DNA of 62,057 bases, filler included. It is 7 parts of 7 records of this genome, joined end to end, with 100 filler letters (N's around TTAATTAATTAA, not from the genome) between each part and the next. Parts side by side here need not be neighbours in the genome. Positions count along the whole stretch, not along the records: positions 41,563 to 50,272 come from SRR31147125_4069; positions 50,373 to 56,036 come from SRR31147125_4089; 5 more parts are not named here. One strand, given 5' to 3'. This document shows, in pieces, positions 43,973-56,136 of the stretch. Position 1 is the first letter of the stretch. Each line of letters starts with the position of its first letter. The notes beneath the pieces were generated by a model. That model searched no databases. It worked only from the letters and a program-made list of their open reading frames with translations, and was not told the origin of the DNA. A program made the position numbers and the translations under genes.

Positions 43973-46378
43973 ATGAGAAAAATAACACCTATTAACTTTG
44001 ATTGGAAGTATAAAAACAATTTTAAGAAAGAGTATACTACAATTGGTTTTAACGATAGTGATTTTGAAAATATCAACTTGCCTCATACAAATATAGAATT
44101 AGGCTACAACAATATAGACGAAACATCATTTCAATTTATCAGCTGCTATAGAAAAAATCTATTGATCAAAGATTTAAACCAAGATGAACGTGTAAACCTT
44201 TGCTTTGGTGCCATTATGGCTTATGCTGAGGTTTTTATAAACGAAAAATTAGTTATGTCGCATAAAGGCGGATACACTCCTTTTAAGGCTGACATTACAC
44301 AATATATCAATCAAAACCAAAAAAACACATTAGTTGTTATGGTAGATTCTACCGAACGAAAAGACATCCCACCTTTTGGTCATGTTATAGATTATCTAAC
44401 GTACGGCGGAATATACAGAGAAGTACATTTAGAATACACTTACGGTGTTTACCTTCAAGACATCATGATAAAACCTGTAGATGTACTTTCACAAAACCCA
44501 AAAATGCATGTTCAATATGATGTAATCAATTCAATAAATGCTGATATAAACTGCAAATTAAACTTTAGCCTTTCATATGATAACAAAAAAATTGATAGCT
44601 TCAGTGAAACTATACATGTTCAAGGTGCACAAACCACTTACAAATCCGTCTTGTCAACTAAAGATATAAAACTTTGGGATACACAAACCCCTAACCTTTA
44701 TACATTAAAAACATCTCTATACATAGATGATATTCTAGTAGATGCAACATGCGAAAGATTCGGCTTTAGACAAATAGATTTCGATAGAACGGGATTTTAT
44801 CTAAACGGTGAAAAACTAAAGATAAGAGGTCTAAACCGACATCAATCTTTCCCATACGTTGGCTACGCTATGCCAAAATCTGCGCAATATAAAGATGCAG
44901 AGATTTTAAAAAACGAGCTTGGTGTAAACACAGTAAGGCTATCTCACTACCCTCAATCAGATCACTTTATGGACCGATGCGATGAACTTGGTATTTTGGT
45001 TTTCGATGAGATTCCAGGCTGGCAACATGTTGGTGATGATGATTGGAAAAAAGTTTCAAAACAAAATGTGATTGAAATGATTAAAAAAGATTTCAACCAC
45101 CCAAGCGTTTTTCTTTGGGGCACAAGGATCAACGAATCACAAGACGACCACGATTTTTATTTTGATACAAATAAAATTGCCAAGGAAATGGATGATAGTC
45201 GCGTTACTGGCGGTGTTAGATGTATTAAAAACAGCGAGCTTTTAGAAGACGTATATACATATAACGATTTTTCTCATATTGGAACTAACAAAGGCTTAGA
45301 AAACCCAAATAAAATTACAAAAACTAAAAAAGGATATCTTGTGACAGAATACAACGGTCATATGTATCCTACCAAAAAGTTTGATGACGAAACTCATAGG
45401 ATGAGTCAATGCAAAAGACACATGTCAGTACTCGAGTCCAGCTACTCTAACGATAAAATCGGCGGTGCTATTGGCTGGTGTATGTTCGATTATAACACTC
45501 ACAAAGACTTTGGAAGTGGCGATAAAATCTGCTATCATGGTGTTATGGATATGTTCAGAATACCAAAGGCAGCGGCAGCTGTGTATGCATCGCAACAGGA
45601 TGAAACGCCCGTGCTTAACATTCTAAGCTCATTGAACATCGGCGAATATCCATCATCATTGCTTCCAGATATATATGCCTTTACAAACTGCGATCAAATA
45701 AAACTATATCTAAATGATACGTTCATAAAATCATTTTATCCAGATAACCTTATGTATAAAAACGTACCAAACCCACCTATTATCATAGACGATATTATCG
45801 GTACTCAAATAGAGGCTATCGGAAAGTTTTCTAAAAGAGATTCAAAGATACTGAAAAATATGATGCTAAAAATATCAAAGGGTAAAAAGCTAAGTATACT
45901 TTTAAAATTAAAGCTTTTAATCATGATGCTAAAATACAGTATGAGCATGGCAGACGGAGAAGCACTGTACACAGAATATGTTGGCGGATGGGGCAGCAAA
46001 GCTAAAAACTATAGGTTTGATGGTATCAAGAATGGTCAAGTCGTTAAAAGCGTTTTAAAATCAAAGCTATTCGACCCAAAAATGCACGTATCAGTAGATA
46101 ACACTACTTTAACAGAAGATGATACATATGATACTACAAGATTTGTAGTATCACTAAAAGATGAATTCGATAATGACATTATATACGCAAACGATACTTT
46201 TAATATCCAAACAAGTGACAACATACAAGTAATAGGACCAAAAGCACTTTCGCTAATAGGTGGTTCCATAGGCTTTTGGGTAAAAACATGCGGAAAACAA
46301 GGTATCGCTTCTGTCAAAATAATATCCGAAAGATTCGATACTATCGAAAAACAGCTAGATATTATAAAAACAAACTGA
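43973..46378 (+). CDS. GH2 beta-galactosidase
   Basis: GLNRHQ, VRLSHYP, NHPSVFLWG.RINES, VTEYNGH; ATG 43973 follows GGAGG. Confidence 0.93.
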   Translation: MRKITPINFDWKYKNNFKKEYTTIGFNDSDFENINLPHTNIELGYNNIDETSFQFISCYRKNLLIKDLNQDERVNLCFGAIMAYAEVFINEKLVMSHKGGYTPFKADITQYINQNQKNTLVVMVDSTERKDIPPFGHVIDYLTYGGIYREVHLEYTYGVYLQDIMIKPVDVLSQNPKMHVQYDVINSINADINCKLNFSLSYDNKKIDSFSETIHVQGAQTTYKSVLSTKDIKLWDTQTPNLYTLKTSLYIDDILVDATCERFGFRQIDFDRTGFYLNGEKLKIRGLNRHQSFPYVGYAMPKSAQYKDAEILKNELGVNTVRLSHYPQSDHFMDRCDELGILVFDEIPGWQHVGDDDWKKVSKQNVIEMIKKDFNHPSVFLWGTRINESQDDHDFYFDTNKIAKEMDDSRVTGGVRCIKNSELLEDVYTYNDFSHIGTNKGLENPNKITKTKKGYLVTEYNGHMYPTKKFDDETHRMSQCKRHMSVLESSYSNDKIGGAIGWCMFDYNTHKDFGSGDKICYHGVMDMFRIPKAAAAVYASQQDETPVLNILSSLNIGEYPSSLLPDIYAFTNCDQIKLYLNDTFIKSFYPDNLMYKNVPNPPIIIDDIIGTQIEAIGKFSKRDSKILKNMMLKISKGKKLSILLKLKLLIMMLKYSMSMADGEALYTEYVGGWGSKAKNYRFDGIKNGQVVKSVLKSKLFDPKMHVSVDNTTLTEDDTYDTTRFVVSLKDEFDNDIIYANDTFNIQTSDNIQVIGPKALSLIGGSIGFWVKTCGKQGIASVKIISERFDTIEKQLDIIKTN

Positions 46379-46542
46379 AAATTATCGTAAATACTTTAAA
46401 TTACACCACACACAAAAACGACAGTCTATAACATGTGCTCAATTAGTACATAAACTTAAAGATTCAAGCCCTTTTAAATGATAAAGATAACCCGCACGAA
46501 TAATCGGGGCTTAAAAACCATAAAGAAAGGTAGGACGTAAAA

Positions 46543-48886
46543 ATGATATCATTCGATAAAAACATTTTTAGATTAACTACGGCAAATACAAGCTATTGGT
46601 TCAAAATAACCGAACTTGGTCATCTAGAACACCTTTACTACGGAAAAAAACTATTGGACCAACAGCCCCACGGGATATCGTTAAAACGTGTTGCAGGCAT
46701 AGGCACTACTGTTTATTATGATGAAAAAGACCCTCTTTATTGCCTGGACAATATTCCGCTGGAATGGTCTGGCATTGGTCGAGGCGATTATAGAGAATCT
46801 CCAATAGAAGCAAAAATGCCTGATGGTAGTTTTGTGTGCGATTTCGTCTATAAAACGCACAGTATAACAGACGGAACAATTGAGCTAAAGACATTACCAA
46901 CAGCATATACAAGCGAAAATGAACCCTGTAAAACTCTAGCAATAACTCTTTTAGACGAATCAAACGATGTAGAAATAATTTTATATTACACAGTTTTTGA
47001 AAATATCGATATCATAACCAGAAAAGCAGTCGTTATCAACCACAATGAAGACCCAGTTATTCTACGGCGCATTATGAGCATGATGGTCGATATCCCGAAT
47101 AAAAACTACAAAATGATAACATTAGACGGCGGCTGGATAAAAGAAGCTCATATGCACGAAAGAGAGCTAACCTACGGAACAACAATAAATTGCTCAACCA
47201 CAGGAGCAAGCAGCAACCGCCATAACCCAGGTTTTTTAATTGCATCAAAAGATGCAAAACAGGACTATGGGCATGTTTATGGTTTTAACATAATATACAG
47301 TGGAAACCACTACAGTTCCGCCGAACTATCTAACCATGATCTATTAAGAATACAAATGGGTGTCAATCCTCATTGTTTTGAATGGAATTTAAAACAAGAT
47401 TATTCTTTTGAATGCCCAGAGGTTATTATGACTTATAGCGACGAAGGTTTCAATAAGCTAAGCCAAAGCTTTCACGACTTTATTAATCAAAACATAGTAA
47501 GAGGTGAATGGAAAAAAAGCTCGTCCAGTGTTAATAAATAGCTGGGAAGCTCACTTTTTTAAGTTCAACCACTTTAACCTTTTAAAAATGGCAAGAAAAG
47601 CAAAAAAACTAGGCATAGAACTTTTTGTATTGGATGACGGATGGTTTGGAAAAAGAGACGACGATACCAAAGGGCTTGGCGACTATACTGTAAACAAAAA
47701 AAAACTACCTTTTGGTTTAAAATACTTTTCCAAAAGAATAAGATCATTAGGTCTTGATTTTGGATTATGGTTTGAACCAGAGATGATAAACCAAAACAGC
47801 AACCTATATAAAGCCAACCCAAATTTTGCAGTTACAACGCCTAATAAAAAACCAACACTTGGCAGAAACCAAATGGTGTTAGATCTTTGTAATAGCGAAG
47901 TTAGAGATTACATAGTAAATTCAGTCAGTAAAATTCTGGATGAAAATCAGATATCATACGTAAAATGGGATATGAACAGACACATAAGTGATGCATATTC
48001 ATCGCATATCGAAAATCAAGGTGAATTTTTCCATACCTATATAATAGGTCTATACGATATATTAACACGCATTTTCGCAAAAAGACCTCATATTTTGCTA
48101 GAATCCTGCTCAAGCGGAGGAAATAGGTTTGATCTTGGTATGTTGTGCTTTTCACCACAAATATGGGCAAGCGACAACACAGACCCGGCAGAACGTCTAA
48201 AAATACAATCTGGTCTATCTTATCTCTATCCTCTCTCCACAATGGGAGCACATGTTTCAAGCTCACCACACCAACAAACTCTACGAAACACGCCACTGTC
48301 AACAAGGTTCAACGTGGCATCCTTTGGTTGCTTAGGCTACGAACTAGATTTAGATCACATGAATTTTGTTGAAAGAAGAGAGATTAAAAGACAAATATCC
48401 TTTTATAAACAGCATAGAGACATCTTACAGTTTGGAAAATTCTATCGCCACGATATGGATAAAGACAACAAATACAGTTTTCAATGTGTAAGTGCAGATA
48501 AAAACAAAAGCGTTTCAGGGATCTTCCAAACAAAGTGCATCGCAAGCGAAGGATACGATTATCTTCCTTTAAAAGGTCTAAAAGCCGAAACTAAATATAA
48601 GGTTGAAACAAAAAAACAAAGTGTATTTGTTCATTCATTTGGCGACCTTGTAAAATTCATATCACCAATAAAGATAAACCACAGAGGTTTCTTGGTTCGG
48701 TCTATAGATAAATTCTTTTGCCTTTCAGATTGTGTTGAAACTTACGAAAACTATGGCGATTCTTTGATGCAAGGAATAAATCTTAACAATCAATTTATGG
48801 GTACGTACTATAATCCAGAAACAAGATTGCTTTCAGATTATGGCTCAAATCTATATACAATAAATAATCTTTCAGGAGAAATTCGA
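46543..48886 (+). CDS. GH36 alpha-galactosidase; frameshift at ~47518; no stop before the transporter
   Basis: NSWEA, FVLDDGWFG, FGLWFEPEM, KWDMNR, CSSGGNRFD, WASDNTD. Confidence 0.93.
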
Positions 48887-50250
48887 ATGAATTATAAGAA
48901 GAACTTGATCACTTATGGCGTTGGAACAATAGGTCGAGATATGATTTTTGCTATGACAAGCATGTACCTTATTTTCTATTTAACCGACATTATGATGATA
49001 CCAAACAATATGCTTGCTTGGGTAACAGGTATAATGACATTTGCAAGAGTTTTTGATGCAGTAAACGATCCCGTCGTAGGTGTACTTGTAGATAACACAG
49101 ATACAAGATGGGGAAAGTTCAAACCTTGGCTTGTCGCTGGTGCACTGCTATCCGGTATTTTTACTATATTATTATTTATAGACTTTGGGCTAAAAAACAT
49201 GGCATTTGTTGCTTCATTTGCGTTTTTCTATATCGGTTGGGGCATAAGCTTTACGGCAAGTGATATATCCTATTGGTCAATGCTGCCAGCATTGTCCACA
49301 GATCAAAAGATCCGTGAAAAAATTGGAGCGTTTGCAAGAATCTGTGCCAACATCGGTCTTTTTGCGGTAGTTGCTGGAATAGTTCCAATAACGGCAAACT
49401 TAGCAAATGCTCTTGGAAGCATGAAGCAAGCATACCTTGTTTTTGCGCTTATTGTTGTCTTTATCCTATGGTTCTTCCAAGCTATCATGATAACAGGCGT
49501 AAAACAACCAAAAGGAATCTTTAAAGCCGAAGAAAGAACAAACATAAAGGGAATGATAACTGCTATTTTCAAAAATGATCAATTGTTGTATGTAGCAATA
49601 GCATTAGTTTTGTTCACAATCGGCTATACAATAACAACAAGCTTTGGTCTATATTTCTTTAAATATGCGTATGGAGATGAGGGCATGTATTCTATCTTTG
49701 GTCTAATATTAGGCGTATCTCAAATTCTAGCGCTAGGGATATTCCCATTATTCAGCAAATGGCTAAAAAGAAAACACTCTACACAGTAGCAACAGCTCTT
49801 GTAGTGCTCGGCTATGTATCCTTCTTCCTATCCCCTATGAAGATTCTATACATCGGCATATCTGGTGTGCTGCTGTTTATAGGGCAAGCATTTATCCAGC
49901 TTTTAATGCTTATGTTTTTAACAGACAGCATAGAATATGGTCAGCTTAAATTAGGCAAAAGAAACGAAAGTGTAACACTTGCACTTCAGCCGTTTATAGT
50001 TAAAATGGGCGGTGCAGTGGCAAGTGGCGTTGTCGGCATAACATTGATCGTTTCAAACATCAACAACGCAAGCTCAGCCTCAGACGTTACAACCCAAGGT
50101 CTTTTAATTATGAAAGTTGCAATGCTCATAATACCGCTTATATTTATTTTAGCTGGCTACTTAGTATATATATTTAAATTTAAGATTGATGAAGACAAAT
50201 ATGATGAAATAATAGAGCAACTTAGCAAAAGAGGAGATATCAATCTATAA
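48887..50250 (+). CDS. GPH family (MelB/LacS-like) glycoside:cation symporter; frameshift at ~49772
   Basis: RVFDAVNDP, TRWGKFKPW, DISYWSMLP, DSIEYGQLKLGKRNE; own AGGAG RBS before ATG 48887. Confidence 0.92.
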
Positions 50251-50908
50251 ACAAAATTAAGCAATAGAAAAANNNNNNNNNNNNNNNNNNNNNNNNNNNN
50301 NNNNNNNNNNNNNNNNTTAATTAATTAANNNNNNNNNNNNNNNNNNNNNNNNNNNNNNNNNNNNNNNNNNNNCCCCCAAAAAAACCACTAAAAGTATGGA
50401 CTTATGGTGGCAGATTGCAGGTTTTGAAATTTAAATTTTTGGGATAGTGTGTTAAACTGAGAAGAGTAATATTGCGGTGCCAGGTATGTTGCTCGATAGA
50501 CCTGTGAACGTTTGGCACATTTTGTAAAGAAAGAAGATGAGGATGAACTTTAGACATAATGGCTTTCCGCTTAATCCCTTTTTGCATCTTTCCCAGTGAA
50601 AGAATTGATTACCTAACCAATTTACAAATATGAATAAAATTGTCAAGTTTTTTTTACGGCACCATAAGGTTAACCGGTTTAGATTGAACGGTATTTTTTA
50701 AAAAATATTTTTTGCCTGTACATCTGACATATGAAATGAATTACAATCATGTAGTTCCATTTTTGTCAGTTTGTATCAGAAATATTTTTTTATATCGTTT
50801 TGCTCTGCACTCAATCAAAATGATATTTAATTTAATTTATTGTAAAACATTCGATTAGAGGCGTTGGCTAAGCTAGCAGTTTCTTTTTATTAAGATGGAA
50901 AAGTGCTC

Positions 50909-50924
50909 TGGCATATCTATTGCA
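50909..50924 (+). promoter_or_regulatory. Sigma54 (-24/-12) promoter
   Basis: TGGCAT-ATCTA-TTGCA matches TGGCAC-N5-TTGCW, 42 nt before ATG 50967. Confidence 0.65.
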
Positions 50925-50966
50925 ATATGGAATGATAAACAGATTATTTATGTGAGGAGAAGAGAT

Positions 50967-51413
50967 ATGAGAGGAACATCTATTATTATTGTTGTATATG
51001 TGGCTTTGTTTATTGTGACAAATGTCGTTCGGGCTGATATACTATTATTAAGGAACAAACAAAGATTACGTGGTGAAATGTCCCTGGTTGCAGATGATTA
51101 TATAGAGTTTAAAAGAGATTTATCTGTGGGTAAGAATGAGTGGATTAAATTATCGAAAAAATCTGTTGTTGCCATCGTAAGTGATAAAGGTAAGCTTTTA
51201 TATCCACGGGACAAGTTTGATGAAAATGCGTTAAATTATGGAAAAATTCGAATTCGTAATGAAAAAGAGAAAAAAATGTATTTGGACCGAAAAAAGACGA
51301 ACAGGTTGGCTCAGATAGAGAACGAAAATGAGGAAAAGAACCGTTATAAAGTAGCGGCCCTTGTTGGCGGTCTGGGAGGAATTATGGTATGGGCTTTTCT
51401 GGATGGAAGATGA
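50967..51413 (+). CDS. Hypothetical exported protein with a C-terminal TM
   Basis: GAGGAG RBS, signal peptide (VRA|DILLL) and hydrophobic C-terminus. Confidence 0.65.
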   Translation: MRGTSIIIVVYVALFIVTNVVRADILLLRNKQRLRGEMSLVADDYIEFKRDLSVGKNEWIKLSKKSVVAIVSDKGKLLYPRDKFDENALNYGKIRIRNEKEKKMYLDRKKTNRLAQIENENEEKNRYKVAALVGGLGGIMVWAFLDGR

Positions 51414-51467
51414 GGTTACTCATTGTAAATGAGAGGCAACAGACCGTCATTTTATTGGAGAATAAAC

Positions 51468-51767
51468 ATGGCAGGAGAGAATCATCCCTTTGATCAGGAC
51501 GAAAACGTGCCAGAGTATATTCGAATAACGGATGTACTGGACCTGCATGGCACAGATCCGGCTATAATTCCTGAAATGATAGAGGCGTTTATTAGCAACG
51601 CGATGGAATTGAATTTGAAAAGACTGAGAATAATTCATGGCAAGGGGAGGAGCCGATTAAAGCACATGACTTATGATCTATTGAATAATAACGAATTTGT
51701 ACTGCGATATTACGATGCTCCTCCGGAAATCGGTGGCTGGGGAGCTACAATTGTTGAATTAAGGTAA
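51468..51767 (+). CDS. Stand-alone Smr/MutS2 domain protein
   Basis: LDLHG, RIIHGKG and GGWGATIV. Confidence 0.9.
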   Translation: MAGENHPFDQDENVPEYIRITDVLDLHGTDPAIIPEMIEAFISNAMELNLKRLRIIHGKGRSRLKHMTYDLLNNNEFVLRYYDAPPEIGGWGATIVELR

Positions 51768-51887
51768 TGTACATTCTTTTAAACCTTTCAAATCCAACCT
51801 TGGAAAATTCTATCTAAACGTTTTCATTCTCTCTAAAAAATTCCACATTTAAAAACAAAATCTGCTTAGAGCCGGTATATAAATCAC

Positions 51888-51916
51888 TTGACTTTAAATA
51901 GTGAAATAATTAAAAT
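51888..51916 (+). promoter_or_regulatory. Sigma70 promoter for ispG
   Basis: TTGACT-17-TAAAAT. Confidence 0.5.
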
Positions 51917-51966
51917 ATTTATTATCATTATTACAAGTAGATTAGTGCATTATAGTTGAATAAAGC

Positions 51967-53033
51967 ATGGATTTAACACAAGATATGTCCGGAAATACAA
52001 GACAGGTTTTTGTCGGAAATGTTCCAATAGGTGGTGGTGCTCCGGTCTCGGTTCAATCGATGACCAATACGAAAACAACGGATATAGAAGCCACTCTTGA
52101 CCAAATTGGCAGGTTGCAGGATGTTGGATGTCAGATTATTCGTGTTGCCATACCAAATGCAGAGGCTGCAAAGGCCTTTGCTGAGATAAAGAAACGCTCT
52201 GGCCTGCCGGTCGTAGCAGATATTCATTTTAATCACCATTATGCTTTGCAGGCCATTGAGGCCGGCGCAGATAAGGTGCGTATTAATCCGGGCAATATTG
52301 GCAGTACGGAAAAGGTAAAAGAAATCGTTAACATGGCCGTACGTTATAATATCCCAATACGGATTGGTGTGAATGCCGGATCCCTTGAAAAAGATATATT
52401 GGAAAATGAGGGTGGTCCAACTGTAGACGCGCTGGTCAAGAGTGCCATGAAAAATATACATCTTTTAAAGGATATGGGTGCTGAGGCACTGGTTTTATCT
52501 TTGAAATCGTCGGACGTCATTAAAACAATTCAGGCATATGAGCAGGTATCGTTTTTAACAGATGTCCCTTTACATATAGGTGTAACAGAAGCTGGAACCG
52601 TGCGGTCCGGGACGATAAAATCGGCTGTAGCACTGGGGATCTTATTGCAACAGTCCATAGGCGATACCTTGCGGGTATCCCTTACCGGCGATCCGGTGGA
52701 TGAAGTGATAACCGGTTTTGAAATTCTGAAAAGTTTGAATTTGACAGAAAAAGGTATTACCTTTATATCCTGCCCCACATGTGGGCGAACAGAAGTCGAT
52801 TTAATAGAACTGGCCAATCAGGTTGAAAGGCGCTTGTTCGGTGTGAACAAACCTATTAAAGTGGCTCTGATGGGCTGTGAAGTCAATGGCCCGGGAGAGG
52901 CAAAAGATGCCGATATTGGTATCGCGTGCGGAAAAAAAGCGGGGTTCTTTTTAAAAAAGGAAAAATATTAAATAAAGTACAAGAAAATGACATTGTAGAT
53001 GTGCTGGTTGAACAAGTGCTTAACTGGAAATAA
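51967..53033 (+). CDS. ispG: HMBPP synthase; frameshift at ~52935
   Basis: VQSMTNT, VADIHF, RINPGN, CPTCGR, MGCEVNGPGEA; the corrected end reads SGVLFKKGK. Confidence 0.96.
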
Positions 53034-53078
53034 AAACAAAAAGTTTGAAGAAAAAAGGATAGGTTCCGTACAAATAGA

Positions 53079-54017
53079 ATGAAATTTGATTGCCTGGGCG
53101 TTGGAATAATTACACTGGATCACTTGTGTGTTGTCGATTATTATCCTGCTGCCAACACAAAGAATAAAATCAAGAGGTATGATCAGCAGGGAGGAGGTCC
53201 TGTTCCAACAGCGCTTGCAACCCTCGGTAAATTGGGCAAATCATCAACATTAATCAGTTTGGTAGGTGCAGATCCCGCAGGTGATTATTTAATTAAAGAA
53301 CTGCAGCGTTTTTATGTAAATACGGAACATATCATTAGGAGCAAGATATCTCCTACATCAGAAGCATTTATCATTGTGGATGAACGTAATGGTGACCGGA
53401 CGGTTTTTCTGCAACAGAGCGGAAAAGATGTCCAAATAAAAGATCAAATTGATTTTTCTATTGTGAAAAATTGTAAAATGGTCCATCTGGATGGACATGA
53501 TATACCTCTTTCTTTGGATATTGCAAAAGCAGCCAGGAAATATGGTGTACGTGTTTCGATTGATATCGGGAGTGATCGATTTATTCCACAAGAACTGTTC
53601 GAGTTAACAGATGTTGCTATTGTTAGCAAAAGTTTTGCAGATGCTCATCTGGTAAAAAACGATCCGGCTGCAAGTGCCTGTAGACTCGTAGAGCACGGTA
53701 TCACATGTAGCGCTGTAACCTGCGGACGTGACGGAAGTTATTTTGCGAACATAAAGGAAGACTATTATTTCCCGGCTTTCAAGGTTAATGTGATAGATAG
53801 TACAGGAGCTGGCGATGTTTTTCATGGTGCGGCTTTATTTGCCATATTGGAGGATTTTAGTATAAAAGATATTGCTGTTTGGGCATCGGCCGCTGCTGCA
53901 CTCAAATGCGGTAAATTGGGAGGAAAGAGGGGTATCCCACATAAAAATGACATTATTCAATTTTTAGATAAACAAGGTCAAGACGTACAATTTATCAGGA
54001 GGAAATTGACTCAATGA
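53079..54017 (+). CDS. PfkB family carbohydrate kinase
   Basis: GGGPVPTA and DSTGAGDVFHG. Confidence 0.92.
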   Translation: MKFDCLGVGIITLDHLCVVDYYPAANTKNKIKRYDQQGGGPVPTALATLGKLGKSSTLISLVGADPAGDYLIKELQRFYVNTEHIIRSKISPTSEAFIIVDERNGDRTVFLQQSGKDVQIKDQIDFSIVKNCKMVHLDGHDIPLSLDIAKAARKYGVRVSIDIGSDRFIPQELFELTDVAIVSKSFADAHLVKNDPAASACRLVEHGITCSAVTCGRDGSYFANIKEDYYFPAFKVNVIDSTGAGDVFHGAALFAILEDFSIKDIAVWASAAAALKCGKLGGKRGIPHKNDIIQFLDKQGQDVQFIRRKLTQ

Positions 54018-54553
54018 GAAAAATGATACAAGTTGCAGTTATCTTTGGATTTACTTTGTTATTAATTCAGGCACATGTGAGCCATGCGCAGGTATCGGTC
54101 AGTAAATTATATGTCAAAGTTCCTGAAGAAAATCTTCGTTCTGCACCAAAAGGCAAAAAGGTTGGCGCTTTGCTTGAAGGTACCGAAGCAACTATTTTGG
54201 TTGAAAAAGATAATTGGGTAAAAGTTCAGGTTACAGGATGGATATGGAAACCTTCATTAACTTCATCACGACCAACAGTTGAAGGGGAATACAGAGCCTT
54301 GCATATTCTGGTTAAAACCAGAGCAGAAGCGGAAGCCATTCTTAAAGATCTGAATGGTGGAAAGGATTTTAAAGAAGTTGCCAAAGCGACATCAATTCTT
54401 CCAAACGCAGCCAAGGGAGGTGATCTGGGATATTTTAATAAAGGTGATTTCAGTCCCAAAATTGAAGAGGTCATTCAAAAATTGAGTGTTGGCCAGACAA
54501 GCGAGATTGTGCAAACAGAATACGGTTTTAATATATTTAAGCGTCTTAAATAA
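54014..54553 (+). CDS. Exported SH3b plus parvulin-type PPIase
   Basis: Signal peptide, NLRSAP...WVKV.VTGWI, HILV, GGDLGYF. Confidence 0.88.
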   Translation: MRKMIQVAVIFGFTLLLIQAHVSHAQVSVSKLYVKVPEENLRSAPKGKKVGALLEGTEATILVEKDNWVKVQVTGWIWKPSLTSSRPTVEGEYRALHILVKTRAEAEAILKDLNGGKDFKEVAKATSILPNAAKGGDLGYFNKGDFSPKIEEVIQKLSVGQTSEIVQTEYGFNIFKRLK

Positions 54554-54671
54554 TCCCGTTTCACAGGATATGTTGGAAATAATTTAATGTGCTATGAGAA
54601 AGAACTTGCAAAAGTCATAATTCTTTAATACATTTTCGCGCTTAAAAATACGTTTTTCAAATGAGACGAGC

Positions 54672-55349
54672 ATGGTTAGAGTGGTTGTTGCTGTTCCCGC
54701 GTTTAATGAAGAGCGGTTCCTTGAAAATGTGCTCCTGGATATATTGCAGTATGTTGACAAAAAAGATGTACTTGTAATAGATGATGGCTCGACAGATCGA
54801 ACGATTGATATCATACATCGTGTTGGTGTTAAGAGTATTTGTCATAAAACCAATCGTGGAAAAGGGGCAGCACTCATTGCCGCGTATAGGTATGCAATTA
54901 GAAATCGCTATGATTGGATATTGACCCTGGACGGAGATGGGCAACACCTGCCATCTTTTATACCGGATTTTTTAAGAGAGATCAGGTCAAACGGCCATGC
55001 TGATGTGATTCTGGGAAACAGATCTGATCGATTTGTAAACATGCCTTTTCCGAGAATATTGAGTAATGGAATTACATCTGTTATTTTATCACTCTGTTCG
55101 GGAGGGCCTCGGTTTCATGATAGCCAATGTGGCTTTCGTGCAATTCGGGTTTCAAGTCTAAAGCCTGAATGGTATAATAACAAAGGGTTTCAGCTTGAAT
55201 CTGAAATGCTGATAAAATTAGGCAGATCAGGAAATAGATTTTCTGAAATTCCTATTTCAACTGTTTATGGTGCACAGAAAAGTTCGATTAGTGCCGTATC
55301 AGATACCTTAAAATTTATAAAGCTTATTTTTATTAGCTTTTTCTGGTAA
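54672..55349 (+). CDS. GT2 glycosyltransferase (DPM synthase-like)
   Basis: VPAFNEE, IDDGSTD, GKGAAL, LDGDGQH, DSQCGFRA. Confidence 0.93.
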   Translation: MVRVVVAVPAFNEERFLENVLLDILQYVDKKDVLVIDDGSTDRTIDIIHRVGVKSICHKTNRGKGAALIAAYRYAIRNRYDWILTLDGDGQHLPSFIPDFLREIRSNGHADVILGNRSDRFVNMPFPRILSNGITSVILSLCSGGPRFHDSQCGFRAIRVSSLKPEWYNNKGFQLESEMLIKLGRSGNRFSEIPISTVYGAQKSSISAVSDTLKFIKLIFISFFW

Positions 55350-55371
55350 TTTTATAATGTTTTAAATTGGG

Positions 55372-56001
55372 ATGTGTGTGGACGTTATTGATAATTCAGT
55401 GGTAAAGCCAGGAACAGGAAATATTATCAAAAGATTATATGACTGGGTTCTGCATTGGGCTGAGACACCTTATGGTACTCTTGCACTCATCATATTAGCT
55501 TTTGCTGAATCCTCGTTCTTTCCAATTCCTCCGGATGTATTACTGATTGCTTTGGCTATATCTATACCAAAACGATCCTTTCATTATGCTTTGGCCGCTT
55601 CAATCGCTTCAGTGACCGGGGGTGTTAGGATATTTTATCGGTTCCGGGTTGATGGATGTTATTGGATGGAAGATTATCCATTTCTATCATGCGGAGGAAC
55701 TGTTTAAACAGCTTTTCGAAACCTTTAATAGATATAATTTTTGGGCGGTGTTGACGGCAGCATTAACACCGATCCCATATAAAGTTTTTACCATCTCAGC
55801 AGGTGCAGCCAAAGCCGATTTTATCATCTTTATGATTGCGTCCATACTCGGAAGAAGCATGCGGTTTTTTGCCCTGAGTACACTTATTTTCTTTTTGGTG
55901 AAAGAATTCGCAAGTTTATAGATAAATATTTTAATTTATTATCGATTTTATTTGTTATATTACTTGTAGGTGGATTTGTTTTAATAAAATACGTTATGTA
56001 G
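55372..56001 (+). CDS. YqaA/DedA family membrane protein; two frameshifts
   Basis: LYDWVL, AFAESSFFPIPPD, TPIPYKVFTISAG and GRSMRFF. Confidence 0.9.
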
Positions 56002-56007
56002 AATATT

Positions 56008-56036
56008 CGGGGCGTAGCGCAGCCCGGTAGCGCGCC
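56008..56036 (+). tRNA. 5' part of a tRNA, probably tRNA-Pro, cut by the contig end
   Basis: CGGGGCGTAGCGCAGCCCGGTAGCGCG acceptor-stem strand and D-arm typical of tRNA-Pro; anticodon missing. Confidence 0.8.
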
Positions 56037-56136
56037 NNNNNNNNNNNNNNNNNNNNNNNNNNNNNNNNNNNNNNNNNNNNTTAATTAATTAANNNNNNNN
56101 NNNNNNNNNNNNNNNNNNNNNNNNNNNNNNNNNNNN

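Noticed and set aside
50402..50646. Small minus-strand ORFs at the contig start
   Set aside because: No recognisable family; the contig edge prevents interpretation.
1920..56001. More than a dozen split genes read as pseudogenes or programmed frameshifts (HAD, response regulator, secretin, pilin 3, ABC ATPase, YncE, MgtC, GH36, GPH, ispG, DedA)
   Set aside because: The breaks are single-base losses, mostly in homopolymers, spread across unrelated contigs and including a normally essential gene (ispG). This is the signature of sequencing error.
12721..56136. Recurrent TTAATTAATTAA and apparent gene neighbourhoods across N runs
   Set aside because: Artificial linkers; genes on different contigs are not linked.
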